From: Candidatus Obscuribacteraceae bacterium
GTDB lineage: Bacteria > Cyanobacteriota > Vampirovibrionia > Obscuribacterales > Obscuribacteraceae
NCBI GenBank assembly: GCA_044226015.1
Contig: JBGAHS010000001.1
Span: forward strand, 416,001 to 480,000
DNA length: 64,000 bases
Direction: 5' to 3'
Positions 28,128 through 37,797 of the stretch are shown piece by piece. The stretch's first letter is position 1. The number at the start of each line of letters is the position of its first letter. The notes beneath the pieces were generated by a model. The model was not told the origin of the DNA and ran no database searches. It worked only from the letters and a program-made list of their open reading frames with translations. The position numbers and the translations under genes are program-made.

Positions 28128-29948
28128 TCAATCCACACTTGAGGCGCTTTTCGGCAAGGTGAACCAGAAGCTGCTTCCTTCGCTCAAAATGCTGTCCACG
28201 CCTATTTCGCCTTTGTGCTCGTGCACAATCGCCTGGCAGATTGCGAGCCCCAAGCCTGTTCCACCTTTTTTCTTTGCGTCTGATATTTCGACTTGTTCGA
28301 ATTGACTAAACACTTTGGAGATTTTGTCAGCCGGAATTCCGCGTCCCTGGTCTTGCACAATGATTTTGACGAATTCTTGCTTATCTGTAATTGTTTCACC
28401 AGCACTTAAGGAAATGGTCTGATTCTCTTCTGAATATTTGATTGCATTAGAAACCAGATTAACTAGAACCTGGACGATTCTGTCTTCATCTGCCCAGCAA
28501 GTCAGTTCTGGAACGTCCACGGCAAAACTTAGTTTCTTTGCTTCTGCCAGTGGCAGCATGTTTTCCATTGCTTGTTCTACTGCTTGCTGTACCGACATAT
28601 CTTTTAGCTCTAACGAGAATTTGCCCGCGTGGATTTTTTCCAAATCAAGCATGTCATTTATTAGTCGAAGCAGGCGATTACAAGTTGCTCTAACTCTGCC
28701 GATGGTGCGTTCACCTTGCGCTGTAAGTTGCCCGATTATGCCTTCCTCAAGCAAAGTCAAAATTCCAACTACTGAGCCAAGCGGCGTCCTGATATCGTGA
28801 GTTACCATCGCAATGAACTCACGTTTCAGTTGCTCTAGTTCTTGCTCTTTCGTTTTGTCGAGAAACACATAGATGTTCTTTTCTGTTCCAGCAAATTCCA
28901 GTTTGTTCTCAGAAAAATCCACAGGAAATTGTGTGCCATCAAGCCGATGGGCAGTTGCAATTACTCTTTCATCGATGCTGCCGTCGGCCTGCGATGAATA
29001 ATCGATGGCGTGTTTGTCGCGAACGAGAATATTCGCAGACTTTCCTAGAAGATCTCCCTTACCCGCGAGCAACATTCTGGAAGCGGCACTGTTAGCGAAT
29101 TCTACGGTATTGTCTTTGGCGACTATCATCACTCCTGCTGGCAAACCTTCAAGAGTCAATCGCAATTGTGCTTCGCTTTCTTTCACCAATTCTTCTGCTT
29201 TTTTTCTTTCGGTAATATCGTGAACGATGCAGAATAGTCCTCCGTCTGAGGCTGACCAATGTCCTGTCCAAACCACATCGAGCAATTCGCCATTTTTTTT
29301 GCGTAACTTGCATTCAAAAACAATTTTATCGATGCTCTTTGCTGAACCAAGTATTGAGTTCAGGATGCTGTTTGCGTCATCGCTGACTATCACGTCCATC
29401 AGCGAGCGCTTTTCTAGCTCTTGCGGCGTGTATCCCCACGCGCTCATACAGGCTTTGCTGACAGATACAAAACGTGACTCTATGTCCGTTATGCAAATCA
29501 CGTCCACGGCTCGCTCAATAACGGCTCGCTCTCGTTTTCTAGCTTCAGACACCTCAATGTTGAGCCGGCTGATCGAGTCTCTCAGGCGCTTCATAGCTTC
29601 GCCTGGTTGATCTTGAACGGTTTTTTGATGATTGCCGTCAAGCAAGCTCGCGAGCTCAGCGAGGTCATTTGAAGAGTCTGCTAGCTCGGCTTTGCTCGCA
29701 AGACTCTGAGCGCTCAATAGAGTCAGGACTGCACTGCCACCCAACAAGCCCAGCCCGAAGAGAAGCAATGGAGAGCTGAGTTTTCCCATGGCATCCTGAA
29801 ATCTCTTCCCTTGCGAGCCATGGTCAGACGTGTATTCGTAGATTTTTCCGTTCATCTGCTGCAGCAAGAAAATCGTGCTGCAGCCCATGATGAAACAAAC
29901 GACTGCAAATGCTATTGAAAATTTAGCCAGATTTTGTGACTTGGGCAT
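28128..29948 (-). CDS. Membrane PAS-PAS sensor histidine kinase
   Basis: Two TM helices, two PAS domains, H-box THDIRTPL, N-box NLVSNAIKYS, DQGRGI and GGTGLGL. Confidence 0.95.
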   Translation of the reverse strand: MPKSQNLAKFSIAFAVVCFIMGCSTIFLLQQMNGKIYEYTSDHGSQGKRFQDAMGKLSSPLLLFGLGLLGGSAVLTLLSAQSLASKAELADSSNDLAELASLLDGNHQKTVQDQPGEAMKRLRDSISRLNIEVSEARKRERAVIERAVDVICITDIESRFVSVSKACMSAWGYTPQELEKRSLMDVIVSDDANSILNSILGSAKSIDKIVFECKLRKKNGELLDVVWTGHWSASDGGLFCIVHDITERKKAEELVKESEAQLRLTLEGLPAGVMIVAKDNTVEFANSAASRMLLAGKGDLLGKSANILVRDKHAIDYSSQADGSIDERVIATAHRLDGTQFPVDFSENKLEFAGTEKNIYVFLDKTKEQELEQLKREFIAMVTHDIRTPLGSVVGILTLLEEGIIGQLTAQGERTIGRVRATCNRLLRLINDMLDLEKIHAGKFSLELKDMSVQQAVEQAMENMLPLAEAKKLSFAVDVPELTCWADEDRIVQVLVNLVSNAIKYSEENQTISLSAGETITDKQEFVKIIVQDQGRGIPADKISKVFSQFEQVEISDAKKKGGTGLGLAICQAIVHEHKGEIGVDSILSEGSSFWFTLPKSASSVD

Positions 29949-30236
29949 CAGAACTGTAACGGTTCCTAACTGTCTGATTCTACGACAAAATCGGCTTCTT
30001 GGCGTACTTGGAAACCGTTGCTCTGCTGCTATTTCAGCGGGTTCAGGCGCGCGGTCTCTCTGGAGAAGCGGCTCACTGGAGAAGCTGCTCTCGCCGAACG
30101 GGACTTTCCTCGCGCCTTCGAATCACCGTAAAGACTGAAAAAGTAGTCGTGATAATTGTTTCTTAGAAATTTTCAAAGCGCTATTTCAAGCTTTGCGTGA
30201 GAATGACACAGGTTGTAGAAGTGGGAGCCCCCCTAT

Positions 30237-30647
30237 ATGCGTCAATTGGCGTCCGTATATTCGTCTGTTCTTGTTTCGCTCGTTTTGTTGCTCCCTGTTG
30301 CGGCGAAGTCGGTTCAGCAGAATGATTCAGACCGAAAGTCTTCTCCGTTTTCGGGTCTGGCTGACTATTACCATCACAAGTTTTATGGCAGAAAGACTGC
30401 TTCGGGAGAGCTTCTCCAGAAAGAAAAGTACACAGCCGCCCACAGAACTTTGCCTTTTGGTACGAAAGTAAAAGTAACAAACAAGAGATCTGGAAAGTCT
30501 TGTGTGGTTACAATTAATGATCGTGGTCCTTACACGCCAGGCAAAGTTATCGATTTGTCACATGCAGCAGCTTCTCATTTAGGTGTATTGTCTGCTGGAA
30601 CCGCTCTTGTGGCTTGTGAAGTCGTTGCCGAGGAAGCGGAGGACTAG
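30237..30647 (+). CDS. rlpA: RlpA family septal lytic transglycosylase (DPBB domain)
   Basis: GLADYY...GRKTASGE...TAAHRTLPFGTKVKVTN...INDRGPY...IDLS. Confidence 0.9.
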   Translation: MRQLASVYSSVLVSLVLLLPVAAKSVQQNDSDRKSSPFSGLADYYHHKFYGRKTASGELLQKEKYTAAHRTLPFGTKVKVTNKRSGKSCVVTINDRGPYTPGKVIDLSHAAASHLGVLSAGTALVACEVVAEEAED

Positions 30648-30668
30648 TCCTTTCTTCGGGATTCTAAA

Positions 30669-32426
30669 ATGTTGCGCTTAGAACATGTATCGAAAGTTTT
30701 TCCTAATGGTGAAGCGCTAAAAGACGTTTCATGGGAAGTGAAAGCCGGCGATAGGCTTGGTCTGGTCGGTGCAAACGGTACTGGCAAAACTACTCAATTC
30801 AAAATCATCACCGGAGAACTTGAGCCAACTACTGGTGATGTTTACCGGCAGTCAGGAATTAGAATTGCCTATCTCAGTCAGGAGTTCGATATTATTCCTG
30901 AGAATTCCGTTCACGAAGAATTGCTTCGCGCTTTCACTGAGATACATGTGCTGAAACAAGAAATTCACAAGGTGCAGGTTGCGCTGGAAACTGTTTCTGA
31001 CGCAGATATGACTCGATTGCTGAACAAACTAGATCGCTTGCAGCGTGATTTTGAAGCCAGAGATGGCTATGGCATTGAACTTCGTGTTGACAAAATTTTG
31101 CCAGAGATAGGATTTACTCCTGAAGATGCTGAACGTAAGGTTAGTGAGTTTAGCGGCGGTTGGCAAATGCGAATTGGCATTGGCAAAGTCATGCTGCAAG
31201 ACCCTCATGTTTTGCTGTTGGACGAGCCTACGAACCACATTGACCTTGAAACCATTGAATGGCTTGAGAATTATTTGCGCGGGTTATCGACTCCGATGGT
31301 GATAGTTTCTCACGACAGATTTTTTCTCGACCGAATCTGCACAAGCATCGTAGAAGTTGAACGGGGCATTTCTAGCACCTATCTCGGAAATTATTCTGCG
31401 TATCAGGAGCAGAAGAAAATGAATCGCGAGGCGCAGGAAGCAACTTATGAGCGCCAACAAAGAGAGCTTGAGCGTCAGCAAGAGTTCATCGACAAATTTC
31501 GTGCCAGCGCCACTCGCAGTACTCAAGCAAAAAGCCGTGAAAAGCAAGTAGAAAAATGGGACATCGTTGATGCTCCAGATTCTGACGAGCGAACACTAAA
31601 GTTCCGCTTTCCTCCCTGCGTCAGAAGTGGGCGTGAAGTGGCGATGGTCAAAGAATTGAGTCACGAGTATGGCGCGAAAACAATATTTCTCGGAGCCAAT
31701 TTGTTAATTGAGCGCGGAGATCGAATAGCCTTGCTGGGTCCAAATGGCTGTGGCAAATCTACTCTGCTGCGTCTGATTGCAGGCGCCGAGCCGCCGTCCG
31801 ATGGAGTTGTGGAACTCGGACAGCACAATATCGTTCCAGCTTATTTCGAGCAAAATCAAGCTGAGGCACTCGACTTGACCAAGACAGTTTTAGAGACTGT
31901 TGCTGAGCTAGTACCGCAATGGAAAGATGCCGAGATAAGGGGACTTCTTGGGCGCTTTCTTTTTAGTGACGATACAGTTTTCAAAAAAGTGGGTGCCTTG
32001 AGTGGTGGTGAAAAAGCCCGTTTGGCACTGGCAAAAATGATGACTCAGTCTGCTAATTTTTTGTTGCTTGATGAGCCGACTAACCATCTCGATATTCCTG
32101 CCAAGGAAATGATTGAAGAGGCGTTGAACGAGTACGAAGGCACTGTGGTCATGGTTTCTCACGACAGGCATTTCATCTCAAAAGTCGCAACCAAGATTGT
32201 GGAAATTGTCGATGGAGAGCTAAAGGTAACTTCAGGAAATTACGAGTACTTTCTTGAGTTGAAAGCCCGGCAGAAACAGCAGTTGCTGGAAGAAAAAGAG
32301 GCTCGGGAACGTGAAGCTTCGCTTGTCGCTAAAAGAGCCAAAGCGAAGGAAAAAGAGAAGCTCAAGAAAGAAAAGCTCAAACAGTCGAAGTTAAAGAGCG
32401 ATGAGGAAGACGCCGACGAAGAGTAG
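30669..32426 (+). CDS. ABC-F family ATP-binding protein
   Basis: Two ABC domains (GANGTGKT, FSGGW, LLLDEPTNH; GPNGCGKS, LSGGEK), interdomain linker, no TM segments. Confidence 0.95.
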   Translation: MLRLEHVSKVFPNGEALKDVSWEVKAGDRLGLVGANGTGKTTQFKIITGELEPTTGDVYRQSGIRIAYLSQEFDIIPENSVHEELLRAFTEIHVLKQEIHKVQVALETVSDADMTRLLNKLDRLQRDFEARDGYGIELRVDKILPEIGFTPEDAERKVSEFSGGWQMRIGIGKVMLQDPHVLLLDEPTNHIDLETIEWLENYLRGLSTPMVIVSHDRFFLDRICTSIVEVERGISSTYLGNYSAYQEQKKMNREAQEATYERQQRELERQQEFIDKFRASATRSTQAKSREKQVEKWDIVDAPDSDERTLKFRFPPCVRSGREVAMVKELSHEYGAKTIFLGANLLIERGDRIALLGPNGCGKSTLLRLIAGAEPPSDGVVELGQHNIVPAYFEQNQAEALDLTKTVLETVAELVPQWKDAEIRGLLGRFLFSDDTVFKKVGALSGGEKARLALAKMMTQSANFLLLDEPTNHLDIPAKEMIEEALNEYEGTVVMVSHDRHFISKVATKIVEIVDGELKVTSGNYEYFLELKARQKQQLLEEKEAREREASLVAKRAKAKEKEKLKKEKLKQSKLKSDEEDADEE

Positions 32427-32561
32427 TCGGTTGCAGTGGGGAAAGCACCATGACGGAAGCTGACAAGTTTCTCATTCGAGAAGGCTGTCGTGTTTTACGA
32501 ATTCCCGAGAACCCTGTCGAGCCATAAGATCCGATCAGGTGTCCTTGTTGGTGAGACACGA

Positions 32562-34154
32562 GTGGAACTTAAAGAGAAAGTACTTTCAGCGATCAAAGAG
32601 CTCGGGCATAAGGTGTCTGCGAGTGATGTTGCCGCTCGAACAGGGTTGCCTCTTTCGCAGTGTCGGCAATTGCTCAATAAGATAGCCTTTGAGACTCGCG
32701 CTGTAATGGAAGTTTCTCCGAGAGGTGAGATTGCCTACAAATTCTTTTCTGATCTAGATTCAGTCTACAAACTAGTCGGTTTGCGAAAGATTCTTCAGCA
32801 GGTATTTGAACTTAGTTACCGCGCAGGATTCTTCTGTTTGCGTGTGTCTTTCGGTTTGCTGCTAATCGCATCGATGATTACAATCGCTGTTGTTTTCGCG
32901 ATTGCTTTGATATTCATTCTATTTGGAATCGGCGCAGCTGATGCTGGTGACGGTGATATGGACTTCGATGGCGACTTCGGTCTCGACATGGATTTTTACG
33001 ACTGGGACATGCTCGCTGTCTTCTTCTCCTGGAGTATTCTTACAGGTGGTGAAACGCCAACTAGCGATGGCGATGACGAATACATGGGCGTCAAAATTGA
33101 TACTCCCGACAAAGGCTTCTTCAACAATTGTTTTGGCTTCTTGTTTGGTGAGGGAAACCCGAATCGTTTGGCTGAACAGAAGCAGTGGACAGTTGTGGCT
33201 GACGTTATCAGAAGAAACCATGGAGTTGTCACCGCCGAGCAGATAGCTCCTTACTTAGTGAAGGCAAAGGCGGATTCTGCCGCGATGCTTGCGACGATGG
33301 TGCGATATGACGGAACTCCTGAAGTGACAGCTAAGGGAAACATTGTGTATGTGTTTCCATCTATGCAAGTCACTGCGGGTGGTGTCGCCTCCCTGCAAGC
33401 TTTGCCGGAGAAATTAGAAGAGAAGGAATGGAAGTTTTCGAAGATTCCCATCGAGCGCTTACATTGGGTATTCTTTTTTGCCGGGGCAAACCTCTGCGGT
33501 GCCTACGCTCTAAGCACGCATGCAGCTTGGTTTGAACCCTTGCTTCCCTATCAGGAATTGATCAATTGGATATTGCTCTATGCCACATTCTTTATGGGAT
33601 TTCCAATTCTCCGCGAAATAGCAAATTGTGCATTAAATGCGGTCGTAGAATACCGAAATAATGTTCGTGGTAAAGCTGCGGAATCTTTAAGCTCACCCGA
33701 AAACAGGTTTAAGGTTGACGAGGCACAGCAATTTGCTGTTCAAGTTTCAAACCTCTCTTTGCAAGAGCAGGTCTACACTACAGCAGAGAACATATTGGAT
33801 CAGGACACTGATGGATTGGCGGCGAAGTTCGGTCAGATTGAGACTCGTGGCGGGGTGCCCAATGGTGTGTACCCTGCGGCACTCCCAACCGCGATGAGCA
33901 ACCAAGTAGCAGCGCAACCGAACCAGTACGCGGCAGCTCCGAACCAGTACGCGGCAACTCCGAACCATCACGTGGCTGCTCCGAATCAGTATGCGGCAGC
34001 TCCGAATCAGTACGCAACAGCACAGAATCAGTATGCGGTAGCTCCGAATCAGTACGCTGCAGCTCCGAACCAGTACGCTGCAGCCCAAACAAGCGATCCC
34101 ATTCGGCTGGCAACTCCCCGCCCTGCACAACAAACTATGACAAATAGGGACTAA
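32562..34154 (+). CDS. At5g03900-like membrane protein with C-terminal heptapeptide repeats
   Basis: VSASDVAARTGL...MEVSPRGEIAYKF, FLFGEGNPN, GVVTAEQIAPYL and RYDGTPEVTAKGNIVYVFPSMQ recall the cyanobacterial/chloroplast At5g03900 family. Start uncertain (track 32490; GTG 32562 plausible). Confidence 0.7.
   Translation: MELKEKVLSAIKELGHKVSASDVAARTGLPLSQCRQLLNKIAFETRAVMEVSPRGEIAYKFFSDLDSVYKLVGLRKILQQVFELSYRAGFFCLRVSFGLLLIASMITIAVVFAIALIFILFGIGAADAGDGDMDFDGDFGLDMDFYDWDMLAVFFSWSILTGGETPTSDGDDEYMGVKIDTPDKGFFNNCFGFLFGEGNPNRLAEQKQWTVVADVIRRNHGVVTAEQIAPYLVKAKADSAAMLATMVRYDGTPEVTAKGNIVYVFPSMQVTAGGVASLQALPEKLEEKEWKFSKIPIERLHWVFFFAGANLCGAYALSTHAAWFEPLLPYQELINWILLYATFFMGFPILREIANCALNAVVEYRNNVRGKAAESLSSPENRFKVDEAQQFAVQVSNLSLQEQVYTTAENILDQDTDGLAAKFGQIETRGGVPNGVYPAALPTAMSNQVAAQPNQYAAAPNQYAATPNHHVAAPNQYAAAPNQYATAQNQYAVAPNQYAAAPNQYAAAQTSDPIRLATPRPAQQTMTNRD
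33918..34085 (+). repeat. Coding tandem repeat, 8 x 21 bp (PNQYAAA)
   Basis: Consensus CCGAA(C/T)CAGTA(C/T)GCNGCAGCT repeated with synonymous variation. Confidence 0.95.
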
Positions 34155-34313
34155 CCGACTCGCTGCCATTTGGTTCACCTTCTACGCGTGTTTCCTCTTT
34201 AATCTATAAAAAGATGGAGATCTACGGAACAAATTAGCCTCAAAGGCGCCACAAGCCCTGATTGAATATTGAATAATAAGTGCGAAAATGGGGTTCTTCT
34301 TTCCTGAGGTTTT

Positions 34314-36248
34314 TTGATTCGTATGGCTCACTTCGAGATTCCAAGATTGGCTCGCCTTGGCACCCCACTAATTCTCCTTTCAATTTGCGTGCAGATTGCA
34401 GTGGTGCCTGCGGAAGCTGGTGGGCTGCGTAAAGCACTCAAGAAAATTACTGGAAGCAGTACTACAAAAAATGTTGCTAACCCAACTAGTACTGCGCCTG
34501 TTGATGCTAAGCGGGCTCCTATTTTCAGTGTGGTTACAGGCAATTCGGTTGTAGTGCCAAACGCTGTTCCTTCTGCTCCGCCAGTGATACCCACGACATT
34601 GACGCCGGTAAAAAGTGAAGACCTGAAGAAGGATGAGAAACGACAGGAAAAAGAATCCAAACAGGCTCAAAAAGAAGAGGCAAAGCAAGACAAAAAGCAG
34701 TCTGACGAAAAGGCAAAAAGCGATGATGAGCGAGAAAAGGGAAAAGTGCGAGGCGATGCCCCCTGCCTTTCCTGGGTAAAGTTTGGTCAACCTGTGAAAG
34801 CTGTTCTCTTGTGTGTTCACGGCTTAGGACTGAATAGCTCGAGCTTTACGAAGTTTGGTCAGGATATGTCACAACAGGGAATAGCGACGTATGCCATTGA
34901 CGTGAGAGGTTTTGGCTCGTGGATGGAAGCTAAGGGGCACAAGAAAGTCGATTTCGACGATTGCATCGAAGATGTGCGAAAGACCCTGGAGTGGCTTCAG
35001 AAGGCAAACCCAGGTAAGCCAGTTTTCCTGATGGGCGAATCAATGGGGGGAGCAATCGTTCTGCATGCTGCCGCCAAGTATCCGGATCTTATGAATGGTG
35101 TAATTTCAGCTTGTTCGTCTGGCGATAGATTTAAGCAAAAACGCACTGACCTGAAAATATTCTTGCACGCTTTGACGGGACCAACACGTCAAATGAATAT
35201 CGGCAAGCAAGTAGTTGAGCAAGCCGCAGGTGATAATGAGAGGCTAAAAGCCTCGTGGGAAGGGGATGAGCTTGATCGCATGAAGTTATCTCCGATGGAA
35301 TTGCTAAGCTTTCAGAGCTTCATGAATGACACTCATGACCAGGTCGTGAATATCAAAAATCTTCCAGTCCTGATGGTGCAAGGAACGGCCGACCAGCTTG
35401 TAAAGCCAGAAGGAACACAGGAGCTTTATGATGAGCTTGCTACTCGTGACAAACAGATCATGATGGTGCAAGACGCGCAGCACCTTATTTTTGAAAATCA
35501 ACAATGTCCACCAGCGACTTTAAGCGCCGTGGTGAAATGGATAAGCAATCGCTGTCCGAAGGTAGATTTGTATGAGCAAGCGCGTACCGCATTTGATAAT
35601 GGTCGTTATCAGATTTGCTTGCAAATGCTAAAAGAAGTTCTACAAACAAATCCTCAAAATGCCAACGCCCATTTATTGATGGGGCAAGTGCAAATCAAAC
35701 TCAATCATCCTTTGCTTGCACGTCAGCACCTGGTGTTAGCGAGCCGATTGGGTAAAGGAACTTCGATTCCCTCCGAATCAAATCGCTTGATGATGACCTT
35801 ACCCCAGGGCTTCGTTGGTCCTCGCCTTGCCTCATCGCACAATCAGAGTAAGCAGTTTAGCAAACCAACGGCTCTTGTTTTTAACGCTACATGGTGCCGT
35901 CCGTGCAATGACATGACCGACATCGTTGAAAAGGCTAAAACGCGTCTTGCTAATACGGTAGAGTTCAAGATTATCGACGTAGATGACCCGGCAAACGAGA
36001 CTCTAGTTGAAGAGTATTCCATTGGTCCTGTGCCTACGACTGTCTTTGTAAGTCCTGATGGGCAGGTCGCTGCTTATCAGGTTGGTTATGATGATGGCAT
36101 TGATGGTTTGATGAGAGGAATTGCAAAAATTCTTCCACGCCCAGCCGCTACCGTTGTCGCAGCTTCGAAGCAGCCACCAAGGGCGGTGGCGCGGCAGAAG
36201 CTGAAGCAAGCTGTAAGGGCAGCTAACGCACAAAAGAAAAAGCCCTGA
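34314..36248 (+). CDS. Exported alpha/beta hydrolase (lysophospholipase-like) fused to TPR and thioredoxin domains
   Basis: Signal-like N-terminus, VHGLG, DVRGFG, GESMGG, QGTADQLV, AQHLI; TPR-like helices; WCRPC thioredoxin. Confidence 0.85.
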   Translation: MIRMAHFEIPRLARLGTPLILLSICVQIAVVPAEAGGLRKALKKITGSSTTKNVANPTSTAPVDAKRAPIFSVVTGNSVVVPNAVPSAPPVIPTTLTPVKSEDLKKDEKRQEKESKQAQKEEAKQDKKQSDEKAKSDDEREKGKVRGDAPCLSWVKFGQPVKAVLLCVHGLGLNSSSFTKFGQDMSQQGIATYAIDVRGFGSWMEAKGHKKVDFDDCIEDVRKTLEWLQKANPGKPVFLMGESMGGAIVLHAAAKYPDLMNGVISACSSGDRFKQKRTDLKIFLHALTGPTRQMNIGKQVVEQAAGDNERLKASWEGDELDRMKLSPMELLSFQSFMNDTHDQVVNIKNLPVLMVQGTADQLVKPEGTQELYDELATRDKQIMMVQDAQHLIFENQQCPPATLSAVVKWISNRCPKVDLYEQARTAFDNGRYQICLQMLKEVLQTNPQNANAHLLMGQVQIKLNHPLLARQHLVLASRLGKGTSIPSESNRLMMTLPQGFVGPRLASSHNQSKQFSKPTALVFNATWCRPCNDMTDIVEKAKTRLANTVEFKIIDVDDPANETLVEEYSIGPVPTTVFVSPDGQVAAYQVGYDDGIDGLMRGIAKILPRPAATVVAASKQPPRAVARQKLKQAVRAANAQKKKP

Positions 36249-36348
36249 GCTCAGGGCTTGCGAAGTGACGAAAAACAAGAAAAAGCAGAAGCAGCTACGC
36301 CCTTTGTAAATTAGCTCTTAAGAGAGTTCTAGCTCGGTGTAGCTGCTT
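36240..36348. terminator. Palindromes/hairpins between convergent genes
   Basis: Perfect palindrome AAGCCCTGAGCTCAGGGCTT (36240-36259) and inverted repeat AAGCAGCTACGCC/GGTGTAGCTGCTT (36289-36348). Confidence 0.5.
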
Positions 36349-36489
36349 ATCTGTGAACTTTTGAAGTTTGTTGGAATCGTTTTATTCTTTCTTATCCCTC
36401 ACTTCTGATGCTTTTATTTTACGCTTGCGAAATTTGGATGCCATCAACCATTTGGATTTTTTATATCATCCGAGTGGATGATTGCTATT

Positions 36490-36990
36490 TTAGTTTAGTT
36501 TCCATGGTTCGGGATCGCTGTCTCGAAATCCATCAGCACGGTAGCCTGCATGCACCAGTTCTTCCGAGAACCCTGAGGGGTTGTTGGCAGCATCTATCAT
36601 TATTTTTGCCACCGTATTTATTGCTTCAGTCCATGTGTTCTTGAGTTCATCGCTCCACTCGCCTTCCTTCGAAAGATGTTCTCCGAGCACGGCCAGAAGA
36701 TTCTCACCAACGGCCTCATAATGGGCATTCTCTGTTTTGTATTTCAGATGGCGAATTCCCATTGCATGGAGGTAGGGCGCCAACTGGGTGGGTTTGTCCA
36801 CTGCTGCCACAATTGCCCCAAGTGAGGCCATCAACTTTTTGTGTTGTTCTTCGGGTGGAGTATTAAACAGCGGTCTAACGGATGGATACTTTTCGAAAAG
36901 GCGGTGATAAAAGCTCAGTCCCAAAGTGGTTAAACCGCCATTCTCTTTCTTCGCTCGCTCAAGACTCGCCCTCAGTAGGTCAATGTTCAT
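36490..36990 (-). CDS. Single-domain bacterial globin (Vgb/flavohemoglobin globin-like)
   Basis: FYHRLFEKYPSVRPLF, QHKKL, GIRH...HYEAVGENLL; ATG 36990 with GGGAG RBS. Confidence 0.88.
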   Translation of the reverse strand: MNIDLLRASLERAKKENGGLTTLGLSFYHRLFEKYPSVRPLFNTPPEEQHKKLMASLGAIVAAVDKPTQLAPYLHAMGIRHLKYKTENAHYEAVGENLLAVLGEHLSKEGEWSDELKNTWTEAINTVAKIMIDAANNPSGFSEELVHAGYRADGFRDSDPEPWKLN

Positions 36991-37447
36991 TATTCGTTGC
37001 TCCCTGGTTACTTTTGGAACTATAGGAGAAGCGACCACTCAATGTAATCAATCTTTCGAGGGAAAAAAAAGAGGTATTGAAAATTTCAAGACCTCCTAAT
37101 TCTCTAGGCTGTAGCGTATGAAATACAGATTCAGCGGACAAACAAATGTTAAATTCGGGAACATCACATATGCCTTGTCGTCGCTGAATTCATGTACTGA
37201 GTTCGGGCGGTGCGCAGTTAATCAAAACAGCATCCGCCAAATGAACGAGTAGTAGCTTAAATTGATACCGGATATAGTTTTTAAAGCGAGTTCGGTAAGG
37301 ACAATGAAGACGCCATTGTGGGTGGTGGCATTCGTTTGCCTGCGTTTAAGCATGACTTTGCTGTTTGCTGGGAGTTGATGGTTACAGCTTTGATGTGATG
37401 TCAAGACAAATGTCTAAGTTAAAGTGCAAATTGGGAGATTAGAGCAA

Positions 37448-37624
37448 ATGACTGTTTTTAGCGAGTGGATCAAAAAAGTATTTGAAGCAGTAATGCCCAG
37501 TCAGGGAGGGCACGCATGGGACGAATTAAAGCGTGTCAGGCAATTAAAATTGCAACAGTCTGAAACTGTCGAAATGCAGGCATCTCCTATGAGAGAGCGC
37601 GTGCGTGTTCATAGATTTCGTTAA
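37448..37624 (+). CDS. Small hypothetical protein (58 aa)
   Basis: ATG 37448 with GGGAG upstream; followed by a terminator at 37690. Confidence 0.5.
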   Translation: MTVFSEWIKKVFEAVMPSQGGHAWDELKRVRQLKLQQSETVEMQASPMRERVRVHRFR

Positions 37625-37689
37625 ATCTTAGTATTGCAATCTCAAGAATAAAAGGTTTCAGCTCCGAAAACTTCGGAGAGACAAGGGGA

Positions 37690-37726
37690 GAGGGGAGCAG
37701 AGTAAAGTCTGCTCCTCTCAATTTTT
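37690..37726 (+). terminator. Intrinsic terminator
   Basis: GAGGGGAGCAGA-GTAAAG-TCTGCTCCTCTC then AATTTTT. Confidence 0.65.
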
Positions 37727-37797
37727 GGAGCAATACAAGCTTCTAATGATTATTTATCCAATTGCAAATACAATACATATAAAGGAGACTCAATCCG

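Noticed and set aside
30101..30112. GAGGAAAGTCC on the minus strand (RNase P RNA hallmark)
   Set aside because: Following sequence lacks the rnpB continuation and 3' AGAACCCGGCTTA-like motif, and only ~150 nt remain before the histidine kinase start.
33918..34085. Periodic repeat as a possible CRISPR array
   Set aside because: Contiguous 21-bp in-frame units without spacers; no cas genes.
33747..34178. Minus-strand ORFs with SELPRTG or VLIRSCR repeats
   Set aside because: Antisense shadows of the PNQYAAA repeat.
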